Shown: positions 60,401 to 64,000 of the stretch, piece after piece
Numbering within the stretch: position 1 is the stretch's first letter
Layout: the number at the start of each line of letters is the position of its first letter
IMG/VR virus record: IMGVR_UViG_3300028048_000045
Span: 1-64,000 of that record
Length of the DNA stretch: 64,000 nt
Origin: a virus
Lineage: Duplodnaviria > Caudoviricetes
Strand: one strand, 5' to 3'
Translations under genes and position numbers: made by a program
The notes under the pieces: generated by a model
What the model saw: the letters and a program-made list of their open reading frames with translations, nothing else
Databases searched by the model: none
What the model was told of the DNA's origin: nothing

Positions 60401-62714
60401 TCTTACTACAGAATGTGTTGATAAAGCAATTGCTAAACTTCGTGAAGAAAAGAAAGATGATCAGATTTTAGCAGGCATGGACGATAATAAACTTAAGAAA
60501 TATCTTGAGCAAATGAATGCTGTTTCTAAAGAAGATCTCGATAATAATGGAGATGGTGAAGTAGATGAGAATTCTAAAGCAGAAGCTGAAGCTGCCGCAT
60601 TGGAACATCAAACTGCTTATCGAAAGATTTATCTTGAAATTTGTCGTGCTTATGTTTTGGAAAACAAAATTGCTTGGTTGACTTCACATTGTACTCTTGA
60701 AAAATTTAAGAAATATTCTGGACAAGATGCACAAACTGACTTATCTGGTAAAGATAGAGCTAAACGTGTTGCAGGAATCCTTACTAATCCTGTAGGTTCA
60801 TTGGCTAATGCTGTTTTGAAAAAGAAAGGCGCTATAACTGAAAAAGAAGCTAAGACTGTTAAAAAAGTTGGAACTGCTTTAACTGTAGCAACAATACTAG
60901 GTGGTCCTCTTGGTGGATTACTAGTTGGTGGTGGAATAGCTCTTGTAGCTGGTGCTAAGAAAGCTTGGAAAGAACGTAAACATATTGGTAGAGCAATTGC
61001 TAATGTATTTAGACGTGGTGCTACTAAAGGTTTAATTATGGATCCATATACAAAGATGGAACGTTCAAGAATAATGAACCGTTTTAGTAATACTAAGAAA
61101 GTTCGTACTAATTTCGTTAAGAAACTTATTGAAATTGCTGATAAATATGGTGAAGGTCATATTAGTGAATGGAAAGAATTCAATGATAAACTTAGCAGTT
61201 ACAATAGTGAAATGAATCCTGGAATTGGTAAACAGATGGCTGAAACATTTGCTAAATGTGCCAATTACAAATATCAAGATGATGATGGAAATGTTACTGA
61301 TATGGTTAATACTACATTAGGTATAACTATTCCAAAAGATCATCCTGATAGAGATAACATTGCTGTCGCATCTGGTATGGTTGGTTGGGTTGCTGAATAT
61401 ATGCCTGAACTCGACGGTATGTGTCAAAGTATCTTCGGTATGACTATAAAACACTTAGCAGTTAAAATAATTGTTAAAGGTGAAAAAATAGCTAAAGCTG
61501 CAAACAACTACGAAAAATATATTACAAGACGTGCTGAAATACTTGGTGCTCCACAGGATAAACTTAAAGCTTATGAATCTGGACTAAAAGGTGGTGACAA
61601 AGCTACCGGATGGGGAAGATTTAAAGCTGGTTTCAAGAGTTTCTTCTCTAGAAAAGATAGTGATGAACTTGATTCTAATAGAATTGGATTCGAAGACGTT
61701 AAGATCTATAAGTACTGGAAACAACACAAATACGATCCTGTAATCGCTATTGAAAAACGAGTTGCTGGTAAATATGGTAAATATCTTGAGATTATTGATA
61801 AACATTGTGAAGATGTTGAAGCTCAAAATAAATTTATCAACGAATTCCTTAAAGAAGCTACTAAATACGTTAATGATAATGGATTAGCATGGCTTACAAC
61901 TAAAACAACTTTACAGGAATTTGAAGAATTAGAAAAAGATGGATTTAAATCCGGTGCAACTATAGCTGCTATCCGTGAAAAACAACAAGCTGAACTTCAA
62001 GCTAAGTTAAGTCAAACTAAACAAGGTTCTAGAAAATATAAGAAACTTCAGAAAGAACTTGAAAGAATGGGTATGTCTACAACTGGATCTACTTCTTCTA
62101 ACAATATCGATCTGAAACGTGACTTTGATGAACTTTCTGCTGAACTCATGAAAAATTATGATCAAGCAGGTTTGGCAGCTCACGAAACTGCAAGTACAGC
62201 TATTAGAGATACGATTTGGAAACCAGCTGGTGGTAACTTCTATGGAGATAATCCTGGAATGGTTGCTCGTAACGATATATCTAATATTGGTGAAGAACGT
62301 GGTGGACCAGATACATTTGGTACATTGGGTTCTACTGATAATATCAGAATTCTTAAAGAAAAAGCAACAGCCGGTGCACAGAATGCTCTTAATCAGATTA
62401 AACAAAGATCTGATAAAGTTGCTGATGGTGTAAGAAATGTTGCTAAACGAGCTCCTGGTCTTGTAGATAAGGTAGCTTCTAAAGTTTCTGTAAAACAGTC
62501 ACCGATAAATGATTTCGTAATTGATTTCAAGAACGAATTAATTAATAAATTAAATATTCTTGATGAAATCCATAGTGAACAGTTGCGTCATAATAACGTT
62601 TCTGAAGAATTCTACTCAGCATTATTAAATATGGTAGCTGTTATGGCTAAGGCACAAGGTAATCCTAGAGTTGCATCACAACTTGATGCCATGGTAAAAC
62701 AAGTGTCTAAATAA
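54462..62714 (+). CDS. Tape-measure-like tail protein
   Basis: 2750 aa; helical and Ala/Gly/Lys-rich; TM-like segments; internal repeats; after sheath/tube. Confidence 0.7.
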   Translation: MKKGNNSGNDDFSFSTGGGDEFFPLNVDKNNNKDTKAPKGVKGYLKNVAKSVVNLGVKTGKHLYPEAVELGEKFKPDTTSTTNPKAYIANWKAEAKKYTDIGKDILGSAVKDAKDAVRTGKFVKTEDERNNAEEMFGDMFGDDGFDFGGDSVSFDSDIGGDDSNFNLGSDDDSGSVGATLNVGSAVVKSSYANARLNTKLTETTNATIVGATQTQIKSDRAMFAQNLEISQEQHRQKMLMMTNIATNIGKIIEQGNVSIKAQIEFSAKQLAFSQDLAAMVKEVRDAQWAQIKPKKAGDVKKSKFQSIFGNGKTSGFNLGEFQKHFFNSMKSEAAGGAFDMLGTGKEMIDMMMDMGGGAGALKNMISDMLFESAVDAITGGRSSYGSRLLNSKLEGLPGAVNRKLGSISKRGAPGLEKLLGKLPFGIGNKIDLKQLAGWAHVDNDVKLKSGKYDMDPSEVHPFDNAAHKALTEVIPWQLAKIDAGINRTEQEFFNYKSNKWEKVSSIRKHLDRTREEVLEYSNGYSAINDRLATGIDLKNSYKQILTEYETNPTFKAGYYNKTWNKDKAQAAVNLGTEAKKFIMKNKKTLIHNVMMIASDEEMDDVLASLLDNESDNFPRFFEGVPSPTGELTEEIVAYYLYNTIKEFSKAEPQEWISFQTDLASYKNKLTSNNFENEDKYFGAGAGIAFDASISSDIFENERNELNKQRQKLEKRKEALLKKDSKTLKLESLSSKYLGKDVESVKDINDQLKKLSAAERDLNEREATSTTGMLKVHSPSDADKFIISDLHDSSTHGLINNIFNLLLTGLDVYVKNPSGKQHDYHKQIIDSALSIKEAAIRKSKASETEEDESNVFGVDSVSKTLADREASFNSSDKAFENTLWGKIPGMKSVYRAFNKATNGINNFGNRILGENFYSVHDSFQPIDENGEYFRTVLTEEERSKYRELKNQYDSAPKEAKDKIKSEIKTLLMKSKNSKAAKSLKFGANIFTSAFNRSELSKSIKVLGSKLSRVSVKGKTLGEYVSETNNSELMNKLSKATSVEEKINIIRDMGSSKAKAFADEAQKQYNTNKSKFDSDFKDSASGKYTLDSIKAGLGKKIYSGLSTVQNKVLGNELVNIKDAKGNKLKDTLAEINSQVLNYKLAKEPDPAEKCKILLNADYKELEPFKPKIEEFRAKALEDLSNSGSIKGILGNFKNKILDTVKNKIGGKLAAMNQNRILSGDLIKLKNKETGKTIGQIVSEINDPSLILNLNSAKSVDEKINILLAYDNPQLNKCKQDLIKFKKSAASLDKSFGGIVAWTKQRGKENLDKFIKNTLIKKLKKIKVGEKTLGEVLGEIAKKDPSFGEKIESFNTMTDLAEFLLQSSNPELQPFKKAIRELKDKHMDDEAQGGVAGIVGMGLVTGFDMIKKSIDGVKSLFSKRKKDANEELSIIEKYVHPDIIKLFGGTKATMDVIDSLGIDVELAFKDNEYHKASKQIEFILDANKSAKRLNGKQKRALKGLMRSELDKEAATASINSINSKISSINNSFQNEMSKYGDSMSASEKKRLEAMRDEDLDRENRKLDKAKNRKDKASRKINNALGDEDGVEGNSASEQREAKARAKEEKERAKENKMRFGLLSTLVSTITGWKKKGFKLDDESTSKMQDAISEGAKQGSSEGWSGKISAFMDNTGLSNTKLGKGIQTVLNKGGSFARHITGNDKIASFLGKSKIGSTVLGVAGKFGGGAAAATGGSSMLGGAAAAVGGGGTALGGLTKVLQKILSAPKVIAKLGKSGVQTVISGIKDGAKRVLTKIFPKLATLNGMATNFVGWAALAATAVTNFIKGMSRAKTTFNIGRGLRPTVGMRLACGLAAMLDGVLLGIPGTICKAMGFRNAEEWFYSIVGKTAEKEALSRYAKYNSMRATIFGIDDPQNLIAYENRNLEKGGNFFDNLGSGAKRLGRAIANVATLGIAKNNDEKDSQLLGFQSVDIFKMWKERKYTPLTTECVDKAIAKLREEKKDDQILAGMDDNKLKKYLEQMNAVSKEDLDNNGDGEVDENSKAEAEAAALEHQTAYRKIYLEICRAYVLENKIAWLTSHCTLEKFKKYSGQDAQTDLSGKDRAKRVAGILTNPVGSLANAVLKKKGAITEKEAKTVKKVGTALTVATILGGPLGGLLVGGGIALVAGAKKAWKERKHIGRAIANVFRRGATKGLIMDPYTKMERSRIMNRFSNTKKVRTNFVKKLIEIADKYGEGHISEWKEFNDKLSSYNSEMNPGIGKQMAETFAKCANYKYQDDDGNVTDMVNTTLGITIPKDHPDRDNIAVASGMVGWVAEYMPELDGMCQSIFGMTIKHLAVKIIVKGEKIAKAANNYEKYITRRAEILGAPQDKLKAYESGLKGGDKATGWGRFKAGFKSFFSRKDSDELDSNRIGFEDVKIYKYWKQHKYDPVIAIEKRVAGKYGKYLEIIDKHCEDVEAQNKFINEFLKEATKYVNDNGLAWLTTKTTLQEFEELEKDGFKSGATIAAIREKQQAELQAKLSQTKQGSRKYKKLQKELERMGMSTTGSTSSNNIDLKRDFDELSAELMKNYDQAGLAAHETASTAIRDTIWKPAGGNFYGDNPGMVARNDISNIGEERGGPDTFGTLGSTDNIRILKEKATAGAQNALNQIKQRSDKVADGVRNVAKRAPGLVDKVASKVSVKQSPINDFVIDFKNELINKLNILDEIHSEQLRHNNVSEEFYSALLNMVAVMAKAQGNPRVASQLDAMVKQVSK

Positions 62715-62725
62715 CATATAATTTT

Positions 62726-62760
62726 AATACCTGGTGAGTTTTCTCACCAGGTATTTATTT
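62726..62760 (+). terminator. Intrinsic terminator
   Basis: aatacctggtgag-tttt-ctcaccaggtatt. Confidence 0.8.
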
Positions 62761-62803
62761 TATGACTGAAAAACATTTTAATATACAAGATGGAGTCATA
62801 ATT

Positions 62804-63391
62804 ATGAAAATAAATAAAAATTCAGCTGCCGCTAAAGTTCCTTTTATAAAACCTAATGTTAATGTAATGTATCAGGTTGATTTTAAAAGAGATGATAGTA
62901 AACCTAAAGATCCTGAAACAAATATCCATAAATATGGATGTAACTTTATGTGTTGTTTAGCAGTACCTCAATTTATGAATAAGAAAAAATTATTACCTTC
63001 TCAAATAATCGATATTTATTTATATGCTAATAAAAGCGGATGGCTTGAATATGATTGTACAGTAATTAGTCCAAATGAAATTATGAATTATGCTGCACAA
63101 CTACTAGGTGATAAAAAATATAGATACTCTAATGTTTTTGTTAAAGGTATTGCTTCTGGTGCTGATTGGAACGTATCAAATTATCAACATACTAGCGATC
63201 TTCCTGGAAATGGAAATATTTATTTCTTTATTGTAGATTTCTTAACAGGTAGTACTGGTAATTATGGTGGGCACCATTTTGAACTATATAACTCGATTGG
63301 TACACTTATGTACGATCCAGCTAATTGTACAGTACATAAATACAAAGGTGTAGATAAAATTTCTTGTTATAAAGTTTCTTTTAAAAAATAG
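62804..63391 (+). CDS. DUF261-like / papain-like (C39-type) protein
   Basis: YQ...IHKYGCNFMCCL...HHF...YDP; start MKINK behind GGAG; late-type promoter at 62773-62785. Confidence 0.55.
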   Translation: MKINKNSAAAKVPFIKPNVNVMYQVDFKRDDSKPKDPETNIHKYGCNFMCCLAVPQFMNKKKLLPSQIIDIYLYANKSGWLEYDCTVISPNEIMNYAAQLLGDKKYRYSNVFVKGIASGADWNVSNYQHTSDLPGNGNIYFFIVDFLTGSTGNYGGHHFELYNSIGTLMYDPANCTVHKYKGVDKISCYKVSFKK

Positions 63392-63415
63392 ATATTTTTG
63401 ATTGAACATATAAAT

Positions 63416-63609
63416 ATACAAATTCACAAACCTGCATCCTGACGTCTTTTTGGTCTTTCAATTGTCATTTTTTTCATTTAAATCCTCCTATAAATTTTTT
63501 TGAAATTACCCATTGGTAAGAGTTTTCGTGAATTTTCTCTTATCGATGGCAAAAAGCTTTTAGTCTTTTTGATAAAGCGGGGCAGTTAATTCTGCCCCGT
63601 ATAATTTTT
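63416..63609 (+). ncRNA. Candidate late-promoter-driven antisense small RNA
   Basis: Promoter ACAtataaATATA (63406-63418); no plus-strand ORF; anti-SD/anti-AUG segment; G-U stem 63510-63549; terminator 63577-63609. Confidence 0.55.
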
Positions 63610-63656
63610 GTTCTGATGACAAAATGATATACTATAAATAAAAAGAGGTCATATTT

Positions 63657-64000
63657 ATGGCTAGTTCATATCAAGAAAATTTTAATCCTGATTCTACAGA
63701 TTTAAATTACAATTTAGGATTACATAATGTTGCTATTATAGATACCGAAACTGGTAAACCTATAGATATCACAAGTATTTCAGATTCTTTTAGACTTGCA
63801 AGAAATAAGAATGATGGAACTGTTTATAATAAATATAACATGGATTCTAATTTACTTGCAGGATTTATTGAAGATCCTGAAGAAGGTTTAAATGCAGTTT
63901 CTTGTGTAGAAGCTTTAGGTTTATATACAACTAGTTATATTAATGATAAAATAACTGGTAAAGATTCCGTATTACAAAAATCGATTAATAGTGATCCTAC
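63657..64000 (+). CDS. Partial late gene (runs off window)
   Basis: MASSYQENFNP... open to the end; GAGG RBS; promoter ACAaaatgATATA at 63619-63631. Confidence 0.75.
   Translation, partial: MASSYQENFNPDSTDLNYNLGLHNVAIIDTETGKPIDITSISDSFRLARNKNDGTVYNKYNMDSNLLAGFIEDPEEGLNAVSCVEALGLYTTSYINDKITGKDSVLQKSINSDP

Noticed and set aside
1-64000. Genome-wide stop codon reassignment (TGA=Trp or TAG=Gln)
   Set aside because: Genes of 2700+ aa are open in the standard code and use TGG; only isolated internal stops (one TGA, one TAA) were seen.
3347-64000. Second DGR target, tRNA or rRNA genes, chimallin/tubulin, introns or inteins
   Set aside because: No further ggtgtgcgccct copy, cloverleaf or diagnostic motif found by eye; nucleus formation cannot be judged from this window.

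Overview
This AT-rich (roughly 25-30% GC by eye) 64 kb segment comes from a jumbo myophage genome of the phiKZ/AR9(PBS1)-like type. The core genes are prohead protease, major capsid protein next to a DnaB-like helicase, large terminase, tail sheath and tube, a 2750-aa tape-measure-like protein, baseplate spike and wedge proteins, primase, an SbcC/Rad50 ATPase, a nucleotide kinase and an HU-like protein. These are interspersed with small hypothetical genes. The first 3.2 kb hold a diversity-generating retroelement (DGR). The 3' end of its target gene (VR, 1-54) differs from the template repeat (TR, ~1466-1596) only at TR adenines. Between VR and TR lie a hairpin, an extra unknown ORF and an Avd-like gene, and the DGR reverse transcriptase (YNDD) follows TR. 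Two phage promoter classes can be read from intergenic DNA: ACA-N5-ATAT(A/G), with AR9 late-promoter spacing (17 sites), and T(A/G)TATATTAT, an early-like motif (8 sites). The most unexpected signal is two intergenic plus-strand candidate small RNAs (~37735-37900 and ~63416-63609) with a shared layout: an antisense copy of a Shine-Dalgarno + AUG + first codons, a G-U-rich hairpin, a small hairpin, then a terminator. Host hints (a DUF261-like protein and a membrane-anchored SLT) weakly suggest a spirochaete. All product calls come from motif recognition only; no searches were run.
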